Notes: a model not told the origin generated them from the letters alone. A DNA stretch of 64,000 bases from Candidatus Bathyarchaeota archaeon (GCA_963777155.1 CAVZPM010000037.1:1-64000), one strand, 5' to 3'. Counted from the stretch's first letter, positions 12,750 to 22,985 are shown. Program-made: numbers and translations.

Positions 12750-13224
12750 ATCCCATCAGTAAGATTATTTTACTTTCCTACTGTTAAGGGTTCGTCCAAA
12801 ATAATAAGTTGATGCCATAGGGAAAATAGATCCTTTCTTAAAAGAAACACTTACAAGATTTCTTGCCTAAGCATAAATTGAATCGCTGGGGCTTCGTGAA
12901 TTTACCAGTTATCAGAAACTAGTCTATCCTTCAGGAGGTGGCGACTTTTCCTGGTGTTCCTTGAGTTTTCGTTTGTGATAGAATGCACATCATCAGGATC
13001 CAAGAAGACACCTGCACACATGTCTTTGTACACGTCGTTTAGGGCAGGGTTCTTAGGAGGGAACCACAGTGACTACCCATCAATTTAGGTCACTATGAAT
13101 TCAGAGGCAAGATTTCAATGCAGCTTAGAGTCAGCTATTGGAGTGCGTGTTATCTTTATTCTCAATTCAGATTCAATCTTCATAAAACATACTAATCATG
13201 TTTTAAAATAGAGGGTAAGGAAGC

Positions 13225-14283
13225 TTGACAATGAATAGGAGACCTATAAAACTAAACATAGTCATTGTCGTGCTAGCGATATGCTTTATTTTGGCGACTT
13301 CGAAGCCTGTAAACGCTCAAGAAGCTGGCTATTCACATATCTGTTACCAGACTTCTTCAACAACTCTCCCCACGATTGATGGCCAGTGGGGTTCAGAGTG
13401 GAATAGTGGTTTGCAGACCACTTTTGGAACGAACACTAACTTTACGGACGAATGGTACTTAGCCTCGTCTAGTCCGAGTGTTGTTTACTATTATCTCCTG
13501 ATTGAAACTATGGATAATTCGAATGAAACAGGGGATTTTGTTCAAATATGTTTTAACGGTGGCATGACAGCGGATTCCGCGCCTTCATCCACTGATTTTG
13601 CAATTAACTTCACAAGTAATGCAGTCTGTACGTGGTACCGAGGAAATGGAGTAGGATGGACTCAAATAGCCACACCTTCATTATCTGTATTCGAATGGAG
13701 TGAATCGTTTAGTCCTTCGCCCACCAATAGTGCACCGCATTTGATACTTGAAATTATTCTGTTAAAAACCTCGACTGATCTGGGGGGTTCACAGATTATT
13801 GGTTCAGAATTTTGGATGCTTCTCCAAACCTACGACGCACACTTTGCTGGGTCTGCGGTTCAATCGTGGCCAACAGTGCCACCGTCTAGTCCCGACGTAC
13901 CAAAAACCTATGGAGATATACCCTATAGCATGGGCGCAGCCCCTAATTACGCCCAAGGATCAAATCAAGTACCTAACGCAACCCCAACTCCCACACCATC
14001 GTCCACACCTACTCCAACACAAAAAACATCACCTACTCCAACCATAGTTCACACTCCAAACCCCACCACAAACCTAACAGCTACTTCAACGCCTAGCTCC
14101 ACTCAAATTCCTTCGCCTACACCTCAATTCAAAAATGAATCCGCCTTCAGTTCCTGGGATATTCTTTTTGTGCTAGCGATTATCAGCGTTGAATCTGCCG
14201 TTGTAGTTATCTATCGGATAGCTCCTGCAAAAAAAGTATTAATAGGGCACGCAAGCAACGCATCTGACGATAATCTGAATTAG
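13225..14283 (+). CDS. Secreted membrane-anchored protein, DOMON/CBM9-like sugar-binding domain plus PT linker
   Basis: Signal peptide, PTIDGQW..EW, D.VQICF, EI.I motifs, PT-rich linker, C-terminal TM. Confidence 0.65.
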   Translation: MTMNRRPIKLNIVIVVLAICFILATSKPVNAQEAGYSHICYQTSSTTLPTIDGQWGSEWNSGLQTTFGTNTNFTDEWYLASSSPSVVYYYLLIETMDNSNETGDFVQICFNGGMTADSAPSSTDFAINFTSNAVCTWYRGNGVGWTQIATPSLSVFEWSESFSPSPTNSAPHLILEIILLKTSTDLGGSQIIGSEFWMLLQTYDAHFAGSAVQSWPTVPPSSPDVPKTYGDIPYSMGAAPNYAQGSNQVPNATPTPTPSSTPTPTQKTSPTPTIVHTPNPTTNLTATSTPSSTQIPSPTPQFKNESAFSSWDILFVLAIISVESAVVVIYRIAPAKKVLIGHASNASDDNLN

Positions 14284-14617
14284 TACTGTTAACTATCGCT
14301 AAAATTTCATTTGAACTAAAAGAAAAAACATAATTGTTTTTGGAGGGTTGATAATTACTAGTTTGTGCCTTAAGCAAAAACAGAGTCCTTGGGTGGGAGT
14401 GTGGTGTCATTTAGGACACCAGTAGATTCCACCGCCTCCATGTTACCGCAAACATCGCAAGGTTTACTCAGAATGAAATAATAGAAAAAACCCATGACCT
14501 CTGAAGTGTTATAGACACTTTAGAGAATTACTGACAGTAATTCGGCAAAACCCTATTTCTAGTGTCTCAATGTTGGACATCAAGTTCTCTACAGCGAAAT
14601 AACAGATTGTTTATTAG

Positions 14618-14863
14618 TTGTGTGTGCTCGTAAAGAACTTGGGAGCTTTCTTGATTAGAAAAGAAGCAATTTCCTTTCTGAAGGAATTGGCAGAGAACGA
14701 CCTTGTTTTGGCATTTATGGTTGACATTCAAAGAAGAACCCCTAACCATTATCAACTGCGGATCAAAGGCAATTATGAACCTATCGGAATTAGGAAATTA
14801 ATTAAGGATAGGGGTTTTTCGTATGAAGTCAAGCAAGACATGTTAGTTGTTTTCAAGCCTTAA
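14618..14863 (+). CDS. Small hypothetical protein (paralogue of 60580..60828)
   Basis: RKEAISFLKEL...LVVFKP resembles RIQALDLLKEI...LTIYTP. Confidence 0.6.
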   Translation: MCVLVKNLGAFLIRKEAISFLKELAENDLVLAFMVDIQRRTPNHYQLRIKGNYEPIGIRKLIKDRGFSYEVKQDMLVVFKP

Positions 14864-14922
14864 TCCCAACGTCCCAATTTAGCTTCCCAAATCTGTAGTC
14901 GACAGAGCGAGTTATTTTGCAG

Positions 14923-15177
14923 TTATTTGTATATGATTTTGAAAATTAGAATGACTATAGCTTCCACAAGCGCAAAAGAGTTTGCAATTATTAGGGGGAT
15001 ATCTTTAATTAAAATCCCATAGATGAGCCAAATAAAGAAGTCTGTTACAAAGAGTGCAAACATTCCAGCAGAGATATCTTTGGTTGATCGGGTTCTGAAA
15101 GTTTTAATTAGTTGTGGTAGAAGCGTAACAGTTGTAAGTATGGCACCGATCAATCCAAGAGCGATTATTAAGTCCAT
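14923..15177 (-). CDS. SemiSWEET/PQ-loop sugar transporter
   Basis: LLPQLIKTFRTRSTKDIS, WLIYG, PLIIAN. Confidence 0.9.
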   Translation of the reverse strand: MDLIIALGLIGAILTTVTLLPQLIKTFRTRSTKDISAGMFALFVTDFFIWLIYGILIKDIPLIIANSFALVEAIVILIFKIIYK

Positions 15178-15207
15178 TCTATTCTCTCTTCTTGCGAAAA
15201 CAAATAT

Positions 15208-15531
15208 TTACTCTTTTCTTGTCAGCTCCTTTGGGTACTGTTCAAACATTATGCCGCTTTTCTTTCCATTAAGGTAGCTAATTAATGAAAATTGTAGTAT
15301 ACTCCCGGAACCGCTAGCGATTAGCCATGTCCAAGCTCCAAAATACGGAAAAACTAATGCGAGAATAGCGGTTCCTACGAGAAATACAGCGAAGCCGGCA
15401 AAATTGAATTTAATAAATCGTGTTATCCATGTTTTGACTCTTTGTTGTAGTTTAGGCAGTACATTTTGTTTTATTATCAGAGCGGATTCGTAGGCACAAC
15501 CGTTTTCTGGTGATTTCTCCACTCCACACAC
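15208..15531 (-). CDS. Small GtrA-like membrane protein
   Basis: RFIKFNFAGFAVFLVG; 2-3 TM helices; start uncertain. Confidence 0.55.
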   Translation of the reverse strand: MCGVEKSPENGCAYESALIIKQNVLPKLQQRVKTWITRFIKFNFAGFAVFLVGTAILALVFPYFGAWTWLIASGSGSILQFSLISYLNGKKSGIMFEQYPKELTRKE

Positions 15532-15706
15532 AACTCTTTTTTCTTTTTTTTGATATTTGCTTACTATAATCGTTAGTTTAGTTTTGCCGATCGAATCGGC
15601 GACAAAACTGTAATGTTGCTATTATTGCATCGTTCATCTTTAGGGGGTTGACGAAACAATGAGCTCTGGAATCGCAGATGTTTGAGTGGTCATTGCTAAT
15701 CTATCG

Positions 15707-16324
15707 TTATAATTGTTCAGCCATTTTTGCTGTCTTTATCATTCCTTCTTCGAATGAAATTTGTGGTTTATATCCTAAAATGTCCGTTGCTCCGTTAATT
15801 GAAAATTGAAGTGGCAATGTGAAAGTTTTCTCCAACCAAATTTCTGGGATTTTAGGTAATTTCGATTGATCTTGGGTTACTTCGGCTATATCGCAAAGAT
15901 TTGCAGACTCTCGCGATGATCCAGGAGACAGTATAAGAAACTTTGTAGCTTTTGCTCTCTTAATTAATGAAATAAGAATATCCAGACCTTTGCTTTCAGT
16001 TTCTAAATATGGAAGAACAGAAGAAATTTGCATGGGATCGGAGAGCATTTGCTTAATATCTTCAAGTTTCTGCCTTGCTCTTTCGTCTTTGAGATCCCTC
16101 TGAGTTATGCCTAACAAAGAATATAATGTGGGAAGCATTTTTACATAACTTGAGAAAAAAGTCTTCCAACTGATAGCTTTTTCATCTGAGATCGTCAAAG
16201 CGTGACCTATCGCGTTATCTTCTTTAATGGCTAATACGATGGCATCCACCACATTATCGACATAGATAGCATTGGAAGGCGATAGCCCACCGTTAATTAG
16301 AGTATAGCAACCTTGCTTTATCAT
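15707..16324 (-). pseudogene. C-terminal fragment of NAD-dependent epimerase
   Basis: YVDNVVDAIVLA, LGYKPQISFEEG; Rossmann N-terminus absent. Confidence 0.7.
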
Positions 16325-16612
16325 ATTAATAGGCCGGGCTGTCCAACATGTTGAATACGTCGTGAATTAGTTATAATATTAAATGAAGCTGTCTTTTCGA
16401 AAAAAGGAAAAGTGAAGGACAAACAGATCACTATTTTAAAAGATTTTTTTTAAGATTGTTATTTACACTCAAGCCTTTGTTTAAAAAAGTGAGAGAAAAG
16501 TTCCGAAGCGAAAAGTTCCAGTTGAAGGTCGACAAAAAGTTCTTTAACTGTATACTACTCTTGATTTCTGCTTCATAAACGATAAAGCCAATTTCACGCA
16601 AACATTCTCAGG

Positions 16613-16795
16613 TTGATTATGGATAACGAAAAAGGAATTCCCTGCTCTTTCTGCAAGAAACACGATCCAAGAGCGGGAACTTTCACATGTAAACCCCACG
16701 AGTGCCAAAAACTCTCCAATTGGCTTTCAAAAAACTCACAAATAATGCATCCGGAAGACAAGATTGGCTTGCTTCCAATCCCGTATGTAGTTTAA
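16613..16795 (+). CDS. Small Cys-rich (CxxC..C..C) putative Zn-binding protein
   Basis: IPCSFC...CKPHECQKLSNWL. Confidence 0.6.
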   Translation: MIMDNEKGIPCSFCKKHDPRAGTFTCKPHECQKLSNWLSKNSQIMHPEDKIGLLPIPYVV

Positions 16796-16894
16796 CTTCC
16801 AAGTAAACTTCAGGCTTAAAGAAAACAAGTAGCCATCAGGGAAATTCAAATTGAAACCAAGTAACAGTCCCTCAAGGTGAGATGCAAAAGAAAC

Positions 16895-17746
16895 ATGACG
16901 AAAAAAAGAGTACTGTTGAAGAAAAGCATACTCCTCGCTATACTGGTAATGACCCTCATTTTGGGAGCTTCTTTGACGGCGGAAAACACCCATGCCGCAA
17001 CGCCTGCTCCAGGGCCAGAATCAACAGCTACCTCCAAACCCTCCCTTCCGCCAGACGCAACATCCAAGTTCGCCTACGAAGCCCAAGGCAACCAAAAATC
17101 AAGCTTACCAACCCCACAAACCATAACCCTCTGCAACTACACAACACCACCCGACACCGGCACAATCACACAAATCAGCATTCTTCTAACCGGAAACCCA
17201 AAAGGCACCCAAATCAGAGCAATAATCCTACCAAACGACCCCGACTCAAACATGCCCCAAGTAGGAGAACCCCTCCTGCAAACCTACGCCATAAACGCAA
17301 CATCCATATCAGGCGAATGGTACAACTTCAAAATTAACTACACAGCATCTCCAAACACAACATACTGGTTAGGATACTACGCAGACACCCAAACCCAATA
17401 CTTTTATGACACAAACAACGACCACCTCACACTAACCTCACAGACCAAAGACGAAAACTCAACATTGTTCCCAGTATTATCATGGCGCTACCAAGGAAAA
17501 ACGATAATGAGCCTATACGCACAATACACGGTAGCAGACCCCCAACATACCCCAACTCCGACAAACACAACCCAGCATACCCCAAATCAGGCAAACACAG
17601 ATTCCACCATTTCCAATAACCCTGGACTGGCTCAGAGCATCCAAGAAACATTCTTTGTACTACTAATCATGGCTGCCGAAGCCACAATTGTAATAACCAA
17701 CCCAAGCTACAAAAAAAAGAACCCGCCAACAAACAATTCAATTTAG
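16895..17746 (+). CDS. Secreted beta-sandwich protein with C-terminal anchor
   Basis: MTKKRV start, signal peptide, G.ITQISI..., TYWLGY, PT linker. Confidence 0.65.
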   Translation: MTKKRVLLKKSILLAILVMTLILGASLTAENTHAATPAPGPESTATSKPSLPPDATSKFAYEAQGNQKSSLPTPQTITLCNYTTPPDTGTITQISILLTGNPKGTQIRAIILPNDPDSNMPQVGEPLLQTYAINATSISGEWYNFKINYTASPNTTYWLGYYADTQTQYFYDTNNDHLTLTSQTKDENSTLFPVLSWRYQGKTIMSLYAQYTVADPQHTPTPTNTTQHTPNQANTDSTISNNPGLAQSIQETFFVLLIMAAEATIVITNPSYKKKNPPTNNSI

Positions 17747-17800
17747 ATGCCTATTTGCAATAACCCAAACAAAATAAGCTCACGTTTTCGGAATTAAAAC

Positions 17801-17824
17801 CGCAACAACCTTTGTGGTTGTTGC
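17801..17824. terminator. Inverted repeat GCAACAACC-N5-GGTTGTTGC after the 17746 gene (terminator or operator)
   Basis: Perfect 9-bp arms followed by ttt. Confidence 0.45.
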
Positions 17825-17935
17825 TTTGAGCAGAAAAAAACTGGCGGCTAAAAAAGTAATTTCCAAATTCATATTTGCAGTTCATAAATTATTAAAAAGA
17901 GTCCCCTCATAGTGCTAAAACAGTTAGTGATCTAA

Positions 17936-18220
17936 ATGGCAAGTGTAACACTAAAAAAAGAGAACAACTCAAAAGACGAAGATATCCTCAACTCGATCCA
18001 AAGCCTAGAAGTTGACAAAGCCCGTCTTAGTGAACAAAAAGAACACCTAACTGCCCTTCTAAACCAGCTGGAAATCAAAGCCAAAGGAGAATACGAAAAG
18101 AGAAAAGGAAAATTAGAAAAACTAAACTCAGAAGTCGCATACCTAAAACAAAGATGCGCAGAATTCTCAATTTTCGTATACTCCGAATCAACCGTGGAGT
18201 GTACCCAAGCTGGAACCTAA
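17936..18220 (+). CDS. Small coiled-coil protein
   Basis: Heptad E/K/L-rich sequence. Confidence 0.6.
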   Translation: MASVTLKKENNSKDEDILNSIQSLEVDKARLSEQKEHLTALLNQLEIKAKGEYEKRKGKLEKLNSEVAYLKQRCAEFSIFVYSESTVECTQAGT

Positions 18221-18274
18221 AAATACGCTACCCCAACTCTTCCATAGTAAACAAACATACTACCTGCTATTCCT

Positions 18275-18830
18275 ATGGGCACTTACCTGGTTCTCATACG
18301 GATTATTTCTGAAAAACCAAATAAACATTCTAAACATTACTGGCGCTGCTATTTCAGCGAGCTTGATGGTGTTCTTATATTTTTTGCCCTCGCTAAATTT
18401 ATCAACTCGTATAAAAAACAGGAGCATCGCCAAAACCCAGAAAACCCAAACTCAGCAGTTACCAAAACTAAGAAGATATAAAAAAGCACTTCCTCCAACG
18501 CTTCCTCCAACCTTGGCTGATACCTGCATCTCCCCAAGTATTATAAACCAAAAAGAAGAAACCGAATCCATTAAGCAACCCGAATCCACAGAACTAACAA
18601 ACATACCTGAAACACAAGAACCCAACCCCCCACAAGAAATAACAGAAATAGAAACACAGGAACCCGAATGCATAAAATTAGAAGACACCCCCCAGCAGCT
18701 ACCTTCAAAGTCAAATGATTGCCCAAAAAATCTAGACTACTATACCAAAAAACCAAGACCAAAACAAACACCAGAAGAATGCATCACCTGCAAAAACCTA
18801 ATCGATTGCGTTTGTCTTACAAGCAACTAA
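18275..18830 (+). CDS. Membrane-anchored protein with C-terminal Cys cluster (frameshifted)
   Basis: N-terminal TM in 18275..18481; acidic linker then CPKNLDYY...PEECITCKNLIDC. Confidence 0.55.
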
Positions 18831-18936
18831 CACAACTTTTCGCAGGATAAGCTCAGTCAGTAGCTTCAAACTATTTAGCGGTCAACCTAAAATAATACAA
18901 AATGGCTTTTGCGATCTCGCTAAGACAGACAAATTA

Positions 18937-19236
18937 TTATTCTGTGCATTCTGAGATTTCGGGGTTTCGGGTTAATTCATCAAGAGATTTGTTTAGCAGT
19001 ATGTTGTCTCCGATTTGAGAAACTAGTGAGGTAGGCACGCATACCGTTGAGCTTCTGAATCTTTTTTTGAATCCAAGGTCCTCACATGCTAGTTTTGAAA
19101 GCTTGACATGTAAATGGGTAACCTGCCAATTGCTAGTGTTTATTTCTATTCCATTAACATTTCCAAGGTCAAAACCACCTGCACAAATAACAAACATTCC
19201 AGAAAGTTTATCAAAATCCACCAAAATTATCGCCAT
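18937..19236 (-). CDS. PRC-barrel domain protein, copy 1
   Basis: LSGMFVIC..G.DLGNV.GIEI...WQVTHL...IGDNILL. Confidence 0.85.
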   Translation of the reverse strand: MAIILVDFDKLSGMFVICAGGFDLGNVNGIEINTSNWQVTHLHVKLSKLACEDLGFKKRFRSSTVCVPTSLVSQIGDNILLNKSLDELTRNPEISECTE

Positions 19237-19453
19237 TTCAAAAGAAGCAAAATCAGCAATATAATTCTTTCTATAATTACATGTTGCTGTTTAAAATTTT
19301 ATAAAATAATTATTCATAATTTTCTTTTCTATCAAAAGCCAAATCTTTTTCAACCGTCAAAAACATATGTGTGCACTTTTAAGTTTAGACCTCAAAACAG
19401 GACGATTCATCAAGAACCTCAGCTAAATAATAAAAGAGTTGTTGTAAAGAAAT

Positions 19454-19497
19454 GTTGACTTTGCTTATTCAAGAAAGTTTTACGAGAAGTCTTTTAA
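19454..19497 (+). promoter_or_regulatory. TTGACT-N6-ATTCAAG operator plus BRE/TATA block; also at 41414-41457
   Basis: Shared TACGAGAAGTCTTTTA downstream of the palindrome. Confidence 0.55.
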
Positions 19498-19700
19498 CCG
19501 TAAAACCAACCCTAACCTTAAACATGAGCGAAACAAGCAAAAGCTTATTTTACAAATATTAGAAAAATGAGACCCTTTAAATAAATTTGGCGACAACGAA
19601 TTACCTATATGGTCGCTTGTCGGCGTGGTTCTGGAGGTATTTTCTTTCCAAATACTCTATGGGAACCAAATTTTGGTAAGCCTTAGCAGATTGCTCATGA

Positions 19701-20015
19701 CTAACTTACATTTGGCAGATTCATTTTGTTTGCCGCCAACAGAATCTGCTCTGTCAAAAACGCCTCCAATGAGCCAAATTCCAAAAAATCATCCGCGTGC
19801 TTGTGTTCGGCTACATGATTTTTTATGGCGCGGTTCATAGCTTTCAAATCGGGAACTATTAAAATATTTGAGCCGCAAACACATCTGATGGTAGGCATTC
19901 CTTTTTTATGAATCATGGATTTGCTTTTGCTATCTTGGCCCGAAGCGAAGTTAATTTCTTGTTTCTTTGTCATTTCGACCAGCTCTTTGCCAACGCTGTC
20001 TATATCGGTCTTCAA
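19701..20015 (-). CDS. Small zinc-finger-like protein
   Basis: IRCVCG...H...H. Confidence 0.6.
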   Translation of the reverse strand: MKTDIDSVGKELVEMTKKQEINFASGQDSKSKSMIHKKGMPTIRCVCGSNILIVPDLKAMNRAIKNHVAEHKHADDFLEFGSLEAFLTEQILLAANKMNLPNVS

Positions 20016-20029
20016 TTCATATAAAAAGT

Positions 20030-20053
20030 TGTGTTAGGCTAGGCACAATCACA
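20030..20053 (-). promoter_or_regulatory. 24-bp regulon palindrome upstream of TATA
   Basis: Minus strand TGTGATTGT gcctag CCTAACACA then acTTTTTATA. Confidence 0.65.
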
Positions 20054-20620
20054 TGTGGATAATTCTCTTCTTTAATGTAATTATAGATTCATTTTTGAGT
20101 CTAAACAAAAATTTTATTAACAAAAAGCTTGACTTGTTGAATCAAACAATCGCTAAGTAGCTTAAACTACCTTTAAGACATGGCAAGCTTGGGAGACAAT
20201 TTCTAGCAGAAAAACCGACTGAAATCAAAAAGATAATATTCTTTTTTAAATTACCAAAGTACAGTTTTTACTGTCACTCAAACGCGCGTAACCGTATTCA
20301 AGTATTGTCGAGACTCAAACAAGAAATATCTTCTTTAGAAGAAAAATAAAGTCTAGCAATGTCTTCGACGAATCGGGCGCCATAGGACAAATCAACCGCT
20401 ATGTTATAGGTTCTGATTATAAGGTGAAAATCCGTAAGCCTTTCCCACTATAACCCCAGAACTGCATTAGGAAAATCTTGGAAAAAGAATTATTTGATAA
20501 TTTTAAAATCCCCTAATTCGTGTAGTGTACACAAATATTACGATGCACGATATGCTTATATTTCGGTTCTCACATTCTTAAAATATTAAATCGTACGATA
20601 ATCCAGAGGAGAAGTGTTTC

Positions 20621-20758
20621 GTGAAATCATTAAAGAAAATTGAGTGGGGTCTCACTGCACTTGCGTTGACACCATTGTCTGGGCTCGAGAAGAAAGAACG
20701 GAATAGAAGACTCAAAGAGCGATTGAAGCGTACAGAACAAGAACATAGTCACAACTGA
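20621..20758 (+). CDS. 45-aa small protein (not in ORF track)
   Basis: GAGGAG RBS, GTG start, MKSLKKIEWGLTALALTPLSG...EHSHN*. Confidence 0.45.
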   Translation: MKSLKKIEWGLTALALTPLSGLEKKERNRRLKERLKRTEQEHSHN

Positions 20759-20899
20759 AAAGTAAATCTTACTTCTAAAATGCATCTGTAATTTAGATTA
20801 GATTATAAGGGTATTCGTTGGTAGAATCCAATAAATTTTTCATCAATCTGCAAAGAAAAAATACATACTACCACATTTGTATTTCATCAAACCATCAAG

Positions 20900-20990
20900 A
20901 AGAGTAGGAAAAGAGAGAGTAGAGTTAACTTGGGCACAAACATCGGGAAAAGAGAGAGAAATGCCTGCGTCCAAGGTAACTTCTACCTAT
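20900..20990 (-). ncRNA. Candidate small RNA: long hairpin with CU-rich loop
   Basis: Stem 20919-20986 with G-U pairs favouring the minus strand; TATA 21013-21020 and regulon motif upstream; no ORF. Confidence 0.55.
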
Positions 20991-21023
20991 TACGACACAT
21001 GATTCTTAGCAGATAAATAATGA

Positions 21024-21047
21024 TGTGACTGCATACAGACAGCAACA
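21024..21047 (-). promoter_or_regulatory. 24-bp regulon palindrome (sRNA promoter)
   Basis: Minus strand TGTTGCTGT ctgtat GCAGTCACA tcaTTATTTAT. Confidence 0.7.
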
Positions 21048-21167
21048 TTTAGAGTTCATTGAAAAAATGTTTTGCGTTAAGAAGGTACTAAGATTTAAGA
21101 CCTGCTTAGTAAAAGGCATAGCTTCTGTCTTATGAAACAAAAAAGCAAAGAACACTGTAATATTGCC

Positions 21168-21374
21168 TTAGCTTCCTTCAACAACGAAGGCTATTTTGAC
21201 TACTGCTCTGTACTCTGCAATTTTGTTGTTTTCCACTTTTGCCTTGCAGCTTTTAACATAAATAGATTTAATGTTTTTAACTGTCTTTGCCGCTTGTGCT
21301 AAAGCATTCTTAACAGCATCTTCCCAATCATTTGGTGAAGTTCCAATTAACTCAATTATTTTCACAACAGTCAT
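21168..21374 (-). CDS. Dodecin family flavin-binding protein
   Basis: VKIIELIGTSPNDWEDAV..A...A.KTVKNI...EYR..VKIAF. Confidence 0.93.
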   Translation of the reverse strand: MTVVKIIELIGTSPNDWEDAVKNALAQAAKTVKNIKSIYVKSCKAKVENNKIAEYRAVVKIAFVVEGS

Positions 21375-21424
21375 CTATTTTGCTCTCCAACATAATTGTC
21401 AATCAACCAGCGAATAAGAACCTG

Positions 21425-21448
21425 TGTGACTACAAAAGGGACACAACA
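21425..21448 (-). promoter_or_regulatory. 24-bp regulon palindrome (dodecin promoter)
   Basis: Minus strand TGTTGTGTC cctttt GTAGTCACA caggTTCTTATT. Confidence 0.65.
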
Positions 21449-21771
21449 AGTTATCGCCAACAGATTTTTGTTTCATCCTTCTTTAGAGTTTGAAAGTAAT
21501 TCAGAGAAAACTTTGCTAACTCGCTAATAGACTAAGACACTGGTTTTCTGCATGGACAATACATGCTGTGGTTAGATTGCTTATGCTTCAGTTTTCCCTC
21601 TTTAACAAACACCAAATGCCCACAGTTCTTGCATCTTAGCTGAATATCAGGCTTACCCATAGTAACTTGGGTAAGAATTCAACATTCTTTATACTTTTGT
21701 GATTGAGATGACGTACGTATACATGAACTTCTTAACAGTCACCAGACTCTACATAACAGCACCATTGTTTT

Positions 21772-22053
21772 CTATAGTTTTTGGCGTGTTGGTTTTTTCT
21801 GCGTACCATTAAATTGATTTTTTGGAAATGCCGGTTTTGTTTCGTGTTCTAGAAGTTCTTTTAGATGCCAGACTGTTACATCTCGGTCATTAGGTTGCTG
21901 ATTTATCCATAATTCACGGTACTCTCGGAATTGTTTCCCTGTAATTTTGCCCTTTGATTGCAGCTCACTTAGCAATCTTATGAAGGTTCTGAGCTTTATC
22001 TGCTCATCAGTTTCTGTGCTACTCATTTGTTTCTCTCCTTTTTTGGTCGCCAA
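21772..22053 (-). CDS. Hypothetical protein
   Basis: GGAGAG RBS before MSSTET; GKITG.QFREYRE. Confidence 0.55.
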   Translation of the reverse strand: MATKKGEKQMSSTETDEQIKLRTFIRLLSELQSKGKITGKQFREYRELWINQQPNDRDVTVWHLKELLEHETKPAFPKNQFNGTQKKPTRQKL

Positions 22054-22199
22054 TTTCTCTCTGTCTGGCTGCGGATAACCAGTATATAGGAAAAGAGTAA
22101 AAAATGTTATCTCAAGCTCTCTACTATGCTTGGATAAAATTTTCTCTTTACTTGAAGGATTGGAAAAAAAGTTAAACTTTAATGCACAAAAATGTTGGT

Positions 22200-22406
22200 C
22201 TAAGAAGGGGTCTGTTTTATTTCAGACTTTCTTGATTTACGTCTTAAGAAGTAACCAACACCCAATAGAACAAAAGCCGCAATTGCCAATGAAAGGTTCA
22301 CAGTTGCATTTTGTGAAGGTATAAGAAAACCTTGAGCTAATAAAAAAACTAATATTGCAAAAGCTATTGCGTAAAGAATGTATCCAGCTACTATATTGGA
22401 TTTCAT
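22200..22406 (-). CDS. Small 2-TM membrane protein
   Basis: Two hydrophobic helices and a basic tail. Confidence 0.65.
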   Translation of the reverse strand: MKSNIVAGYILYAIAFAILVFLLAQGFLIPSQNATVNLSLAIAAFVLLGVGYFLRRKSRKSEIKQTPS

Positions 22407-22654
22407 GTTTTCACAGACTTGTAGTTGTTTTAACCGTGTTTAAAAGTCTTTAGAATCCAAACAAGAATCTCCAAAAATCAAAGAAAGAAAAAATGGAAGA
22501 TAGCGTGTGTGATTAAATTCTAATCTTTCTCTCTCTCTCGACTCAAACTCACTAACGACTACGACTACTAACTCTCACTCACCCACGCACGCGCGTGCCC
22601 CCGCACCCTGTCAGTCAGTCTGTCAAACTGCCTGTCTCACTGTCAGCGCTCGCT

Positions 22655-22678
22655 TGTAGTTGTGGTTCTACAGTCACA
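22655..22678 (+). promoter_or_regulatory. 24-bp regulon palindrome
   Basis: TGTAGTTGT ggttct ACAGTCACA aatcGTTAAAT. Confidence 0.7.
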
Positions 22679-22725
22679 AATCGTTAAATGACTGTAAGCT
22701 AGTTTTACAAGGTGGTGTTAAAAAA

Positions 22726-22959
22726 ATGAGCTTTTTGCATGCTAAAAACGGTAGTTTAGCTGTGTGGCTTTGTTGTGCTATTTTTGCAATAGTATCACGC
22801 ACAGGCTGCGAATCAGTTATACAAGCAGTGAATAAACAAATGAATATTTGGGATAATAAAAAAGGCGGTTTAGCTGGTTGGCTCTGGTACGCTATTGTAG
22901 TAGTAGTACTAATAATAATTCTTATCCTTGCTTTGAGATTTCTTTTCAACTTGATATAA
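22726..22959 (+). CDS. Small membrane peptide with internal duplication (alternative start 22840)
   Basis: GGTGGTG RBS; AKNGSLAVWLCCAI vs NKKGGLAGWLWYAI. Confidence 0.55.
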   Translation: MSFLHAKNGSLAVWLCCAIFAIVSRTGCESVIQAVNKQMNIWDNKKGGLAGWLWYAIVVVVLIIILILALRFLFNLI

Positions 22960-22985
22960 GACAAGCTGGAAGTAGGAAGATAGAG

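Noticed and set aside
14392-14440. tRNA-like GGTGGGA...GGTGTC/GACACC...TTCCACC..CCA
   Set aside because: Too short and has no T-loop; just a hairpin after the 14283 gene.
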